Origin: Nemertoderma westbladi
Taxonomy: Eukaryota > Animalia > Xenacoelomorpha
NCBI GenBank assembly: GCA_032718475.1
Contig: JAUCBJ010009127.1
Span: 30,904 to 94,903 of the forward strand
Length of the DNA: 64,000 nt
Reading direction: 5' to 3'
A program made the translations under genes and the position numbers. The notes under the pieces are model-generated. The model made no database searches. It was not told where the DNA came from and worked only from the letters and a program-made list of their open reading frames with translations. Below, one piece after another: positions 1-15,000 of this stretch (positions are counted from its first letter, which is position 1; the number at the start of each line of letters is the position of its first letter).

Positions 1-3000
1 CAGTTGTGGTTCATTCTCGCTCCCTTGCACTCTTTATCTTCCACTCAGTTGTGGTTCATTCCCGCACCCTTGTACTCTTCATATTCCACTCAGTTGTGGT
101 TCATTCTCACAGCCTTGCACTCTTCATCTTCCACTCAGTTGTAGTTCATTCCCGCACCATTGCAGTCTTCGTCTTCCACTCAGTTGTGGTTCATTCTCGC
201 TCCCTTGCACTCTTTATCTTCCACTCAGTTGTGGTTCATTCCCGCACCCTTGCAGTCTTCGTCTTCCACTCAGTTGTGGTTCATTCTCGCTCCCTTGCAG
301 TCTTCATCTTCCACTCAGTTGTGGTTCATTCTTGCTCCCTTGTACTCTTCATCTTCCACTCAGTTGTGGTTCATTCTCGCTCCCTTGCACTCCTCGTGGT
401 TCATTCTCGCTCCCTTGCACTCTTTATCTTCCACTCAGTTGTGGTTCATTCCCGCAACCTTGTACTCTCCATCTTCCACTCAGTTGTGGTTCATTCCCTC
501 ACCCTTGTACTCTTCATCTTCCACTCAGTTGTGGTTCATTCTCGCACCCTTGCACTCTCCATCTTCCACTCAGTTGTGGTTCATTCCCGCCACCTTGTAC
601 TCTTCATCTTCCACTCAGTTGTGGTTCATTCACGCTCCCTTGCACTCCTCGTGGTTCATTCTCGCTCCCTTGCACTCTTTATCTTCCACTCAGTTGTGGT
701 TCATTCCCGCAACCTTGTACTCTCCATCTTCCACTCAGTTGTGGTTCATTCCCGCACCCTTGTACTCTTCATCTTCCACTCAGTTGTTGTTCATTCTCGC
801 ACCCTTGCACTCTCCATCTTCCACTCAGTTGTGGTTCATTCCCGCACCCTTGCATTCTTCATCTTCCACTCAGTTGTGGTTAATTCCCGCACCTTTGCAG
901 TCTTCATCTTCCACTCAGTTGTGGTTCATTCTCGCTCCCTTGCACTCTTTATCTTCCACTCAGTTGTGGTTCATTCCCGCACCCTTGCAGTCTTTATCTT
1001 CCACTCAGTTGTGGTTCATTCCCACAACCTTGTACTCTCCATCTTCCACTCAGTTGTGGTTCATTCCCGCCACCTTGCACTCTTCATCTTCCACTCAGTT
1101 GTGGTTCATTCTCGCTCCCTTGCACTCTTTATCTTCCACTCAGTTGTGGTTCATTCCCGCACCCTTGCAGTCTTTATCTTCCACTCAGTTGTGGTTCATT
1201 CCCACAACCTTGTACTCTCCATCTTCCACTCAGTTGTGGTTCATTCCCGCCACCTTGCACTCTCCATCTTCCACTCAGTTGTGGTTCATTCCCGCACCCT
1301 TGTACTCTTCATCTTCCACTCAGTTGTGGTTCATTCTCGCACCCTTGCACTATTTATCTTCCACTCAGTTGTGGTTCATTCTCGCTCCCTTGCACTCTTC
1401 TTCTTCCACTCAGTTTTGGTTCATTCACGACGCACCCTTGCATTCTTCATCTTCCACTCAGTTGTGGTTCATTCCCGCACCCTTGTACTCTTCATCTTCC
1501 ACTCAGTTGTGGTTCATTCCCGCACCCTTGTACTCTTCATCTTCCACTCAGTTGTGGTTCATTCTCGCACCCTTGCACTCTTCATCTTCCACTCAGTTTT
1601 GGTTCATTCACGCAACCTTCTACTCTTCATCTTCCACTCAATTGTGGTTCATTCTCGCACCCTTGCACTCTTTATCTTCCACTCAGTTGTGGTTCATTCT
1701 CGCACCCTTGCACTCTTCATCTTCCACTCAGTTGTGGTTCATTCCCGCACCCTTGTACTCTTCATCTTCCACTCAGTTGTGGTTCATTCTCGCACCCTTG
1801 CACTCTTCATCTTCCACTCAGTTTTGGTTCATTCACGCAACCTTCTACTCTTCATCTTCCACTCAGTTGTGGTTCATTCCCGCACCCTTGTACTCTTCAT
1901 CTTCCACTCAGTTGTGGTTCATTCTCGCACCCTTGCACTCTTCATCTTCCACTCAGTTTTGGTTCATTCACGCAACCTTCTACTCTTTATCTTCCACTCA
2001 GTTGCGGTTCATTCCCGCACCCTAGCACTCTTCATCATCCACTCAGTTGTGGTTCATTCACGCACCCTTGTACTCTTCATCTTCCACTCAGTTGTGGTTC
2101 ATTCCCACAACCTTGCACTTTTCGTGTTTCAATCCCACAGCCTTGCACTCTTCATCTTCCACTCAGTTGTGGTTCATTCACGCACCCTTGTACTCTCCAT
2201 CTTCCACTCAGTTGTGGTTCATTCCCGCAACCTTGTACTCTCCATCTTCCACTCAGTTGTGGTTAATTCCCGCACCTTTGCAGTCTTCATCTTCCACTCA
2301 GTTGTGGTTCATTCTCGCTCCCTTGTACTCTTCATCTTCCACTCAGTTGTGGTACATTCCCGCACCCTTGTACTCTTCATCTTCCACTCAGTTGTTGTTC
2401 ACTCCCGCTCCCTTGCATTCTTTATCTTCCACTCAGTTGTGGTTCATTCCCGCAACCTTGTACTCTCCATCTTCCACTCAGTTGTGGTTCATTCCCGCAC
2501 CCTTGTACTCTTCATCTTCCACTCAGTTGTGGTTCATTCTCGCACCCTTGCACTCTTTATCTTCCACTCAGTTGTGGTTCATTCCCGCAACCTTGTACTC
2601 TCCATCTTCCACTCAGTTGTGGTTCATTCCCGCACCCTTGTACTCTTCATCTTCCACTCAGTTGTGGTTCATTCTCGCACCCTTGCACTCTTTATCTTCC
2701 ACTCAGTTGTGGTTCATTCTCGCTCCCTTGCACTCTTCATCTTCTACTCAGTTGTGGTTCATTCTCGCACCCTTGTACTCTTCATCGTCCACTCAGTTGT
2801 GGTTAATTCCCGCACCCTTGCACTCTTTATCTTCCACTCAGTTGTGGTTCACTCCCGCACCCTTGCACTCTTCATCTTCCACTCAGTTGTGGTTCATTCC
2901 CTCAACCTTACACTCTTCATCTTCCACTCAGTTGTGGTTCATTCCCGCAACATTGTACTCTTCATCTTCCACTCAGTTGTGGTTCACTCCCGCACCCTTG

Positions 3001-6000
3001 CACTCTTTATCTTCCACTCAGTTGTGGTTCACTCCCGCACCCTTGCACTCTTCATCTTCTACTCAGTTGTGGTTCATTCTCGCTCCCTTGCACTCTCCAT
3101 CTTCCACTCAGTTGTGGTTCATTCCCTCAACCTTGCACTCTTCATCTTCTACTCAGTTGTGGTTCATTCTCGCTCCCTTGCACTCTCCATCTTCCACTCA
3201 GTTTGTTTCAATCCCGCAACCTTGCACTCTTCATCTTCCACTCAGTTGTGGTTCATTCTCACACCCTTGCACACTTCATCTTCCATACCATTGATGTTCA
3301 TTATCGCTCCCTTGTACTCTTCATCTTCCACTCAGTTGTGGTTCATTCCCGTACCCTTGCAGTCTTCATCTTCCACTCAGTTTGTTTCAATCCCGCAACC
3401 TTGCGCTCTTCATCTTCCACTCAGTTGTGGTTCACTCACGAAGCACCCTTGCACTCTTCATCTTCCACTCAGTTGTGGTTCATTCTCGCTCCCTTGCACT
3501 CTCCATCTTCCACTCAGTTTGTTTCAATCCCGCAACCTTGCACTCTTCATCTTCCACTCAGTTGTGGTTCATTCTCACACCCTTGCAGTCTTCATCTTCC
3601 ACTCAGTTGTGGTTAATTCCCACACCCTTGCAGTCTTCATCTTCCACTCAGTTGTGGTTAATTCCCACACCCTTGCAGTCTTCATCTTCCACTCAGTTGT
3701 GGTTAATTCCCGCACCCTTGCAGTCTTCATCTTCCACTCAGTTTGTTTCAATCCCGCAACCTTGCGCTCTTCATCTTCCACTCAGTTGTGGTTCATTCTC
3801 ACACCCTTGCACACTTCATCTTCCATACCATTGATGTTCATTCTCGCTCCCTTGCACTCTTCATCTTCCACTCAGTTGTGGTTAATTCCCGCACCCTTGC
3901 AGTCTTCATCTTCCACTCAGTTGTGGTTAATTCCCACACCCTTGCAGTCTTCATCTTCCACTCAGTTGTGGTTAATTCCCGCACCCTTGCACTCTTCATC
4001 TTCCACTCAGTTGTGTTTCCCGCTCCCTTCCACTCTTCATCTTCCACTCAGTTGTGGTTCATTCACGCAACCTTGCACTCTTCATCTTCCACTCAGTTGT
4101 GGTTAATTCCCACACCCTTGCACTCTTCATCTTCCACTCAGTTGTGGTTAATTCCCACACCCTTGCAGTCTTCATCTTCCACTCAGTTGTGGTTAATTCC
4201 CGCACCCTTGCACTCTTCATCTTCTACTCAGTTGTGGTTCATTCCCGCAAACTTGCACTCTCCATCTTCCACTCAGTTGTGGTTCATTCACGACGCACCC
4301 TTGCACTCTTCATCTTCCACTCATTTGTGGTTAATTCCCGCACCCTTGCAGTCTTCATCTTCCACTCAGTTGTGGTTCATTCTCGCTCCCTTGCACTCTT
4401 TATCTTCCACTCAGTTGTGGTTCATTCCCGCACCCTTGTACTCTTCATATTCCACTCAGTTGTGGTTCATTCTCACAGCCTTGCACTCTTCATCTTCCAC
4501 TCAGTTGTGGTTCATTCTTGCTCCCTTGTACTCTTCATCTTCCACTCAGTTGTGGTTCATTCTCGCTCCCTTGCACTCTTTATCTTCCACTCAGTTGTGG
4601 TTCATTCCCGCAACCTTGTACTCTCCATCTTCCACTCAGTTGTGGTTCATTCCCGCCACCTTGTACTCTTCATCTTCCACTCAGTTGTGGTTCATTCACG
4701 CTCCCTTGCACTCCTCGTGGTTCATTCTCGCTCCCTTGCACTCTTTATCTTCCACTCAGTTGTGGTTCATTCCCGCAACCTTGTACTCTCCATCTTCCAC
4801 TCAGTTGTGGTTCATTCCCGCACCCTTGTACTCTTCATCTTCCACTCAGTTGTGGTTCATTCTCGCACCCTTGCAGTCTTCGTCTTCCACTCAGTTGTGG
4901 TTCATTCTCGCTCCCTTGCACTCTTTATCTTCCACTCAGTTGTGGTTCATTCCCGCACCCTTGCAGTCTTCGTCTTCCACTCAGTTGTGGTTCATTCTCG
5001 CTCCCTTGCAGTCTTCATCTTCCACTCAGTTGTGGTTCATTCTTGCTCCCTTGTACTCTTCATCTTCCACTCAGTTGTGGTTCATTCTCGCTCCCTTGCA
5101 CTCTTTATCTTCCACTCAGTTGTGGTTCATTCCCGCAACCTTGTACTCTCCATCTTCCACTCAGTTGTGGTTCATTCCCGCCACCTTGTACTCTTCATCT
5201 TCCACTCAGTTGTGGTTCATTCACGCTCCCTTGCACTCCTCGTGGTTCATTCTCGCTCCCTTGCACTCTTTATCTTCCACTCAGTTGTGGTTCATTCCCG
5301 CAACCTTGTACTCTCCATCTTCCACTCAGTTGTGGTTCATTCCCGCACCCTTGTACTCTTCATCTTCCACTCAGTTGTGGTTCATTCTCGCACCCTTGCA
5401 CTCTCCATCTTCCACTCAGTTGTGGTTCATTCCCGCACCCTTGCATTCTTCATCTTCCACTCAGTTGTGGTTAATTCCCGCACCTTTGCAGTCTTCATCT
5501 TCCACTCAGTTGTGGTTCATTCTCGCTCCCTTGCACTCTTTATCTTCCACTCAGTTGTGGTTCATTCCCGCACCCTTGCAGTCTTTATCTTCCACTCAGT
5601 TGTGGTTCATTCCCACAACCTTGTACTCTCCATCTTCCACTCAGTTGTGGTTCATTCCCGCCACCTTGCACTCTTCATCTTCCACTCAGTTGTGGTTCAT
5701 TCTCGCTCCCTTGCACTCTTTATCTTCCACTCAGTTGTGGTTCATTCCCGCACCCTTGCAGTCTTTATCTTCCACTCAGTTGTGGTTCATTCCCACAACC
5801 TTGTACTCTCCATCTTCCACTCAGTTGTGGTTCATTCCCGCCACCTTGCACTCTCCATCTTCCACTCAGTTGTGGTTCATTCCCGCACCCTTGTACTCTT
5901 CATCTTCCACTCAGTTGTGGTTCATTCTCGCACCCTTGCACTCTTTATCTTCCACTCAGTTGTGGTTCATTCTCGCTCCCTTGCACTCTTTTTCTTCCAC

Positions 6001-9000
6001 TCAGTTTTGGTTCATTCACGACGCACCCTTGCATTCTTCATCTTCCACTCAGTTGTGGTTCATTCCCGCACCCTTGTACTCTTCATCTTCCACTCAGTTG
6101 TGGTTCATTCCCGCACCCTTGTACTCTTCATCTTCCACTCAGTTGTGGTTCATTCCCGCACCCTAGCACTCTTCATCATCCACTCAGTTGTGGTTCATTC
6201 ACGCACCATTGTACTCTTCATCTTCCACTCAGTTGTGGTTCATTCCCACAACCTTGCACTTTTCGTGTTTCAATCCCACACCCTTGCAGTCTTCATCTTC
6301 CACTCAGTTGTGGTTCATTCACGCACCCTTGTACTCTCCATCTTCCACTCAGTTGTGGTTCATTCCCGCAACCTTGTACTCTCCATCTTCCACTCAGTTG
6401 TGGTTAATTCCCGCACCTTTGCAGTCTTCATCTTCCACTCAGTTGTGGTTCATTCTCGCTCCCTTGTACTCTTCATCTTCCACTCAGTTGTGGTACATTC
6501 CCGCACCCTTGTACTCTTCATCTTCCACTCACTTGTTGTTCACTCCCGCTCCCTCGCATTCTTTATCTTCCACTCAGTTGTGGTTCATTCCCGCAACCTT
6601 GTACTCTCCATCTTCCACTCAGTTGTGGTTCATTCCCGCACCCTTGTACTCTTCATCTTCCACTCAGTTGTGGTTCATTCTCGCACCCTTGCACTCTTTA
6701 TCTTCCACTCAGTTGTGGTTCATTCCCGCAACCTTGCACTCTCCATCTTCCACTCAGTTGTGGTTCATTCCCGCACCCTTGTACTCTTCATCTTCCACTC
6801 AGTTGTGGTTCATTCTCGCACCCTTGCACTCTTTATCTTCCACTCAGTTGTGGTTCATTCTCGCTCCCTTGCACTCTTCATCTTCCACTCAGTTTTGGTT
6901 CAATCACGACGCACCCTTGCAGTCTTCATCTTCCACTCAGTTGTGGTTCATTCCCGCACCCTTGTACTCTTCATCTTCCACTCAGTTGTGGTTCATTCCC
7001 GCACCCTTGCATTCTTCATCTTCCACTCAGTTGTGGTTCATTCCCGCACCCTAGTACTCTTCATCTTCCACTCAGTTGTGGTTAATTCCCACACCCTTGT
7101 ACTCTTCATCTTCCACTCAGTTGTGGTTCATTCCCGCAACCTTGTACTCTCCATCTTCCACTCAGTTGTGGTTCATTCCCGCACCCTTGTACTCTTCATC
7201 TTCCACTCAGTTGTGGTTCATTCCCGCACCCTTGCAGTCTTCATCTTCCACTCAGTTGTGGTTCATTCCCGCACCCTTGCACTCTTCATCTTCCACTCAG
7301 TTGTGGTTCATTCTCGCTCCCTTGTACTCTTCATCTTCCACTCAGTTGTGGTTCATTCTCGCTCCCTTGTACTCTTCATCTTCCACTCAGTTGTGGTTCA
7401 TTCTCGCTCCCTTGCACTCTTTATCTTCCACTCAGTTGCGGTTCATTCCCGCAACCTTGTACTCTCCATCTTCCACTCAGTTGTGGTTCATTCCCGCACC
7501 CTTGTACTCTTCATCTTCCACTCAGTTGTGGTTCATTCTCGCACCCTTGCACTCTTTATCTTCCACTCAGTTGTGGTTCATTCTCGCTCCCTTGCACTCT
7601 TCATCTTCCACTCAGTTTTGGTTCAATCACGACGCACCCTTGCAGTCTTCATCTTCCACTCAGTTGTGGTTCATTCCCGCACCCTTGTACTCTTCATCTT
7701 CCACTCAGTTGTGGTTCATTCCCGCACCCTTGCATTCTTCATCTTCCACTCAGTTGTGGTTCATTCCCGCACCCTTGTACTCTTCATCTTCCACTCAGTT
7801 GTGGTTCATTCCCGCACCCTTGTACTCTTCATCTTCCACTCAGTTGTGGTTCATTCTCGCACCCTTGCACTCTTTATCTTCCACTCAGTTGTGGTTCATT
7901 CTCGCTCCCTTGCACTCTTCATCTTCCACTCAGTTTTGGTTCAATCACGACGCACCCTTGCAGTCTTCATCTTCCACTCAGTTGTGGTTCATTCCCGCAC
8001 CCTTGTACTCTTCATCTTCCACTCAGTTGTGGTTCATTCCCGCACCCTTGCATTCTTCATCTTCCACTCAGTTGTGGTTCATTCCCGCACCCTTGTACTC
8101 TTCATCTTCCACTCAGTTGTGGTTCATTCCCGCACCCTTGCATTCTTCATCTTCCACTCAGTTGTGGTTCATTCCCGCACCCTTGCAGTCTTCATCTTCC
8201 ACTCAGTTGTGGTTCATTCCCGCACCCTAGTACTCTTCATCTTCCACTCAGTTGTGGTTCATTCCCGCACCCTTGCATTCTTCATCTTCCACTCAGTTGT
8301 GGTTCATTCCCGCACCCTTGCAGTCTTCATCTTCCACTCAGTTGCGGTTCATTCCCGCACCCTTGTACTCTTCATCTTCCACTCAGTTGTGATTCATTCC
8401 CGCACCCTAGCACTCTTCATCTTCCACTCAGTTGTGGTTCATTCTCGCTCCCTTGTACTCTTCATCTTCCACTCAGTTGTGGTTCATTCCCGCACCCTTG
8501 TACTCTTCATCTTCCACTCAGTTGTGGTTCATTCCCGCACCCTTGCAGTCTTCATCTTCCACTCAGTTGTGGTTCATTCCCGCAACCTTGTACTCTCCAT
8601 CTTCCACTCAGTTGTGGTTCATTCCCGCACCCCTCTACTCTTCATCTTCCACTCAGTTGTGGTTCATTCCCGCACCCTTGCAGTCTTCATCTTCCACTCA
8701 GTTGTGGTTCATTCCCGCAACATTGTACTCTCCATCTTCCACTCAGTTGTGGTTCATTCCCGCACCCTTGTACTCTTCATCTTCCACTCAGTTGTGGTTC
8801 ATTCCCGCACCCTTGTACTCTTCATCTTCCACTCAGTTGTGGTTCATTCCCGCACCCTTGTACTCTTCATCTTCCACTCAGTTGTGGTTCATTCCCGCAC
8901 CCTTGTACTCTTCATCTTCCACTCAGTTTTGGTTCAATCACGACGCACCCTTGCAGTCTTCATCTTCCACTCAGTTGTGGTTCATTCCCGCACCCTTGTA

Positions 9001-12000
9001 CTCTTCATCTTCCACTCAGTTGTGGTTCATTCCCGCACCCTTGCATTCTTCATCTTCCACTCAGTTGTGGTTCATTCCCGCACCCTTGTACTCTTCATCT
9101 TCCACTCAGTTGTGGTTCATTCCCGCACCCTTGCAGTCTTCATCTTCCACTCAGTTGTGGTTCATTCCCGCACCCTTGCACTCTTCATCTTCCACTCAGT
9201 TGTGGTTCATTCTCGCTCCCTTGTACTCTTCATCTTCCACTCAGTTGTGGTTCATTCCCGCACCCTTGTACTCTTCATCTTCCACTCAGTTGTGGTTCAT
9301 TCCCGCACCCTTGCAGTCTTCATCTTCCACTCAGTTGTGGTTCATTCCCGCAACCTTGTACTCTCCATCTTCCACTCAGTTGTGGTTCATTCCCGCACCC
9401 TTGTACTCTTCATCTTCCACTCAGTTGTGGTTCATTCCCGCACCCTTGCAGTCTTCATCTTCCACTCAGTTGTGGTTCATTCACGCACCCTTGTACTCTT
9501 CATCTTCCACTCAGTTGTGGTTCATTCCCGCACCCTTGCACTCTTCATCTTCCACTCAGTTGTGGTTCATTCCCGCACCCTTGTACTCTTCATCTTCCAC
9601 TCAGTTGTGGTTCATTCCCGCACCCTTGTACTCTTCATCTTCCACTCAGTTGTGGTTCATTCACGACGCACCCTTGCACTCTTCACCATCCACTCAGTTG
9701 TGGTTCATTCTCGCTCCCTTGTACTCTTCATCTTCCACTCAGTTGTGGTTCATTCCCGCACCCTTGTACTCTTCATCTTCCACTCAGTTGTGGTTCATTC
9801 TCGCTCCCTTGCACTCTTTATCTTCCACTCAGTTGTGGTTCATTCCCGCAACCTTGTACTCTCCATCTTCCACTCAGTTGTGGTTCATTCCCGCCACCTT
9901 GTACTCTTCATCTTCCACTCAGTTGTGGTTCATTCACGCTCCCTTGACTCTTCATCTTCCACTCAGTTGTGGTTCATTCTCGCTCCCTTGCACTCTTCAT
10001 CTTCCACTCAGTTGTGGTTCATTCCCGCACCCTTGTACTCTTCATCTTCCACTCAGTTGTGGTTCATTCCCGCACCCTTGTACTCTTCATCTTCCACTCA
10101 GTTGTGGTTCATTCTCGCCCCTTGCACTCTTCATCTTCCACTCAGTTGTGGTTCATTCTCGCACCCTTGTACTCTTCATCTTCCACTCAGTTGTGGTTCA
10201 TTCCCGCACCCTTGTACTCTTCATCTTCCACTCAGTTGTGGTTCATTCCCGCACCCTTGTACTCTTCATCTTCCACTCAGTTGTGGTTCATTCTCGCACC
10301 CTTGCACTCTTTATCTTCCACTCAGTTGTGGTTCATTCTCGCTCCCTTGCACTCTTCATCTTCCACTCAGTTGTGGTTCATTCACGACGCACCCTTGCAC
10401 TCTTCATCTTCCACTCAGTTGTGGTTCATTCCCGCTCCCTTGTACTCTTCATCTTCCACTCAGTTGTGGTTCATTCTCGCTCCCTTGCACTCTTCATCTT
10501 CCACTCAGTTGTGGTTCATTCCCGCACCCTTGTACTCTTCATCTTCCACTCAGTTGTGGTTCATTCCCGCACCCTTGTACTCTTCATCTTCCACTCAGTT
10601 GTGGTTCATTCTCGCACCCTTGCACTCTTCATCTTCCACTCAGTTGTGGTTCATTCCCGCACCCTTGCACTCTTCATCTTCCACTCAGTTGTGGTTCATT
10701 CTCGCTCCCTTGTACTCTTCATCTTCCACTCAGTTGTGGTTCATTCCCGCACCCTTGTACTCTTCATCTTCCACTCAGTTGTGGTTCATTCCCGCACCCT
10801 TGTACTCTTCATCTTCCACTCAGTTGTGGTTCATTCCCGCCACCTTGCACTCTCCATCTTCCACTCAGTTGTGGTTCATTCTCGCACCCTTGTACTCTTC
10901 ATCTTCCACTCAGTTGTGGTTCATTCCCGCACCCTTGTACTCTTCATCTTCCACTCAGTTGTGGTTCATTCACGACGCACCCTTGTACTCTTCATCTTCC
11001 ACTCAGTTGTGGTTCATTCTCACACCCTTGTACTCTTCATCTTCCACTCAGTTGTGGTTCATTCCCGCACCCTTGTACTCTTCATCTTCCACTCAGTTGT
11101 GGTTCATTCACGACGCACCCTTGCACTCTTCATCTTCCACTCAGTTGTGGTTCATTCTCGCTCCCTTGTACTCTTCATCTTCCACTCAGTTGTGGTTCAT
11201 TCTCGCTCCCTTGTACTCTTCATCTTCCACTCAGTTGTGGTTCATTCTCGCTCCCTTGTACTCTTCATCTTCCACTCAGTTGTGGTTCATTCCCGCACCC
11301 TTGCAGTCTTCATCTTCCACTCAGTTGTGGTTCATTCACGCACCCTTGTACTCTTCATCTTCCACTCAGTTGTGGTTCATTCCCGCACCCTTGCACTCTT
11401 CATCTTCCACTCAGTTGTGGTTCATTCTCGCTCCCTTGTACTCTTCATCTTCCACTCAGTTGTGGTTCATTCCCGCACCCTTGTACTCTTCATCTTCCAC
11501 TCAGTTGTGGTTCATTCCCGCACCCTTGTACTCTTCATCTTCCACTCAGTTGTGGTTCATTCACGACGCACCCTTGCACTCTTCACCATCCACTCAGTTG
11601 TGGTTCATTCTCGCTCCCTTGTACTCTTCATCTTCCACTCAGTTGTGGTTCATTCCCGCACCCTTGTACTCTTCATCTTCCACTCAGTTGTGGTTCATTC
11701 TCACACCCTTGTACTCTTCATCTTCCACTCAGTTGTGGTTCATTCCCGCACCCTTGTACTCTTCATCTTCCACTCAGTTGTGGTTCATTCACGACGCACC
11801 CTTGCACTCTTCATCTTCCACTCAGTTGTGGTTCATTCTCGCTCCCTTGTACTCTTCATCTTCCACTCAGTTGTGGTTCATTCTCGCTCCCTTGTACTCT
11901 TCATCTTCCACTCAGTTGTGGTTCATTCTCGCTCCCTTGTACTCTTCATCTTCCACTCAGTTGTGGTTCATTCTCGCTCCCTTGTACTCTTCATCTTCCA

Positions 12001-15000
12001 CTCAGTTGTGGTTCATTCCCGCACCCTTGCAGTCTTCATCTTCCACTCAGTTGTGGTTCATTCACGCACCCTTGTACTCTTCATCTTCCACTCAGTTGTG
12101 GTTCATTCCCGCACCCTTGTACTCTTCATCTTCCACTCAGTTGTGGTTCATTCCCGCACCCTTGTACTCTTCATCTTCCACTCAGTTGTGGTTCATTCAC
12201 GACGCACCCTTGCACTCTTCACCATCCACTCAGTTGTGGTTCATTCTCGCTCCCTTGTACTCTTCATCTTCCACTCAGTTGTGGTTCATTCCCGCACCCT
12301 TGTACTCTTCATCTTCCACTCAGTTGTGGTTCATTCCCGCACCCTTGCATTCTTCATCTTCCACTCAGTTGTGGTTCACTCCCGCACCCTTGTACTCTTC
12401 ATCTTCCACTCAGTTGTGGTTCATTCCCGCACCCTTGTACTCTTCATCTTCCACTCAGTTGTGGTTCATTCTCACACCCTTGTACTCTTCATCTTCCACT
12501 CAGTTGTGGTTCATTCCCGCACCCTTGTACTCTTCATCTTCCACTCAGTTGTGGTTCATTCACGACGCACCCTTGCACTCTTCATCTTCCACTCAGTTGT
12601 GGTTCATTCTCGCTCCCTTGTACTCTTCATCTTCCACTCAGTTGTGGTTCACTCCCGCACCCTTGTACTCTCCATCTTCCACTCAGTTGTGGTTCACTCC
12701 CGCACCCTTGTACTCTTCATCTTCCACTCAGTTGCGGTTCATTCACGCACCCTTGCACCCTTCATCTTCCACTCAGTTGTGGTTCATTCACGCACCCTTG
12801 CAATCTTCATCTTCCACTCAGTTGTGGTTCATTCACGCAACTTGCACTTTTCATCTTCCACTCAGTTGTGGTTCATTCCCGCACCCTTGCACTCTTCATC
12901 TTCCACTCAGTTGTGGTTCACTCCCGCACCCTTGTACTCTCCATCTTCCACTCAGTTGTGGTTCACTCCCGCACCCTTGTACTCTTCATCTTCCACTCAG
13001 TTGCGGTTCATTCACGCACCCTTGCACCCTTCATCTTCCACTCAGTTGCGGTTCATTCACGCACCCTAGTACTCTTCATCTTCCACTCAGTTGTGGTTCA
13101 TTCCCGCACCCTTGCACTCTTCATTTTCCGCTCAGTTGTGGTTCATTCACGCACCCTGCAGTCTTCATCTTCCACTCAGTTGTGGTTCATTCTCGCACCC
13201 TTGCACTCTTTATCTTCCACTCAGTTGTGGTTCATTCCCGCAACCTTGTACTCTCCATCTTCCACTCAGTTGTGGTTCATTCACGCAACTTGCACTCTTC
13301 ATCTTCCACTCAGTTGTGGTTGATTCACGCACCCTTGCAATCTTCATCTTCCACTCAGTTGTGGTTCATTCACGCACCCTTGCAATCTTCATCTTCCACT
13401 CAGTTGTGGTTCATTCACGCAACTTGCACTTTTCATCTTCCACTCAGTTGTGGTTCATTCCCGCACCCTTGCAATCTTCATCTTCCACTCAGTTGTGGTT
13501 CATTCACGCAACTTGCACTTTTCATCTTCCACTCAGTTGTGGTTCATTCACGCAACTTGCACTTTTCATCTTCCACTCAGTTGTGGTTCATTCTCGCACC
13601 CTGCAGTCTTCATCTTCCACTCAGTTGTGGTTGATTCACGCACCCTTGCACTCTTCATCTTCCGCTCAGTTGTGGTTCATTCCCGCACCCTGCAGTCTTC
13701 ATTTTCCACTCAGTTGTGGTTGATTCACGCACCCTTGCACTCTTCATCTTCCACTCAGTTGTGGTTCACTCACGCAACTTGCACTTTTCATCTTCCACTC
13801 AGTTGTGGTTCATTCCCGCACCCTTGCAGTCTTCGTCTTCCACTCAGTTGTGGTTCATTCTCGTTCCCTTGCAGTCTTCATCTTCCACTCAGTTGTGGTT
13901 GATTCACGCACCCTTGCACTCTTCATCTTCCACTCAGTTGTGGTTCATTCACGCTCCCTTGCACTCTTCATCTTCCGCTCAGTTGTGGTTCATTCTCGCA
14001 CCCTTGCAGTCTTCATCTTCCACTCAGTTGTGGTTCACTCACGCAACTTGCACTTTTCATCTTCCACTCAGTTGTGGTTCATTCCCGCACCCTTGCACTC
14101 TTCATCTTCCACTCAGTTGTGGTTCATTCTCGCACCCTTGCAGTCTTCATCTTCCACTCAGTTGTGGTTCACTCATGCAACTTGCACTTTTCATCTTCCA
14201 CTCAGTTGTGGTTCATTCCCGCACCCTTGCACTCTTCATCTTCCACTCAGTTGTGGTTCATTCTCGCACCCTTGCAGTCTTCATCTTCCACTCAGTTGTG
14301 GTTCACTCACGCAACTTGCACCCTTCATCTTCCACTCAGTTGCGGTTCATTCCCGCACCCTTGCACTCTTCATCTTCCACTCAGTTGTGGTTCATTCTCG
14401 CACCCTTGCAGTCTTCATCTTCCACTCAGTTGTGGTTCACTCACGCAACTTGCACCCTTCATCTTCCACTCAGTTGCGGTTCATTCCCGCACCCTTGCAC
14501 TCTTCATCTTCCACTCAGTTGTGGTTCATTCTCGCTCCCTTGCACTCTTCATCTTCCACTCAGTTGTGGTTCATTCCCGCACCCTTGCACTCTTCATCTT
14601 CCACTCAGTTGTGGTTCACTCCCGCACCCTTGCACGTTTCGTGGTTAATTCCCGCTCCCTTGCACTCGTCATCATCCACTCAGTTGTGGTTCATTCACGC
14701 ACCCTTGCACTTTTCGTGGTTCATTCCCGCACCCTTGTACTCTCCATCTTCCACTCAGTTGTGGTTCATTCACGCTCCCTTGCACTCTTCGTGGTTCATT
14801 CCCGCTCCCTTGTACTCTTCATCTTCCACTCAGTTGCGGTTCACTCCCGCACCCTTGCACACGTCATCTTCCACTCAGTTGTGGTTCATTCACGCACCCT
14901 TGCACGTTTCGTGGTTAATTCCCGCTCCCTTGCACTCGTCATCATCCACTCAGTTGTGGTTCATTCACGCACCCTTGCACTTTTCGTGGTTCATTCCCGC

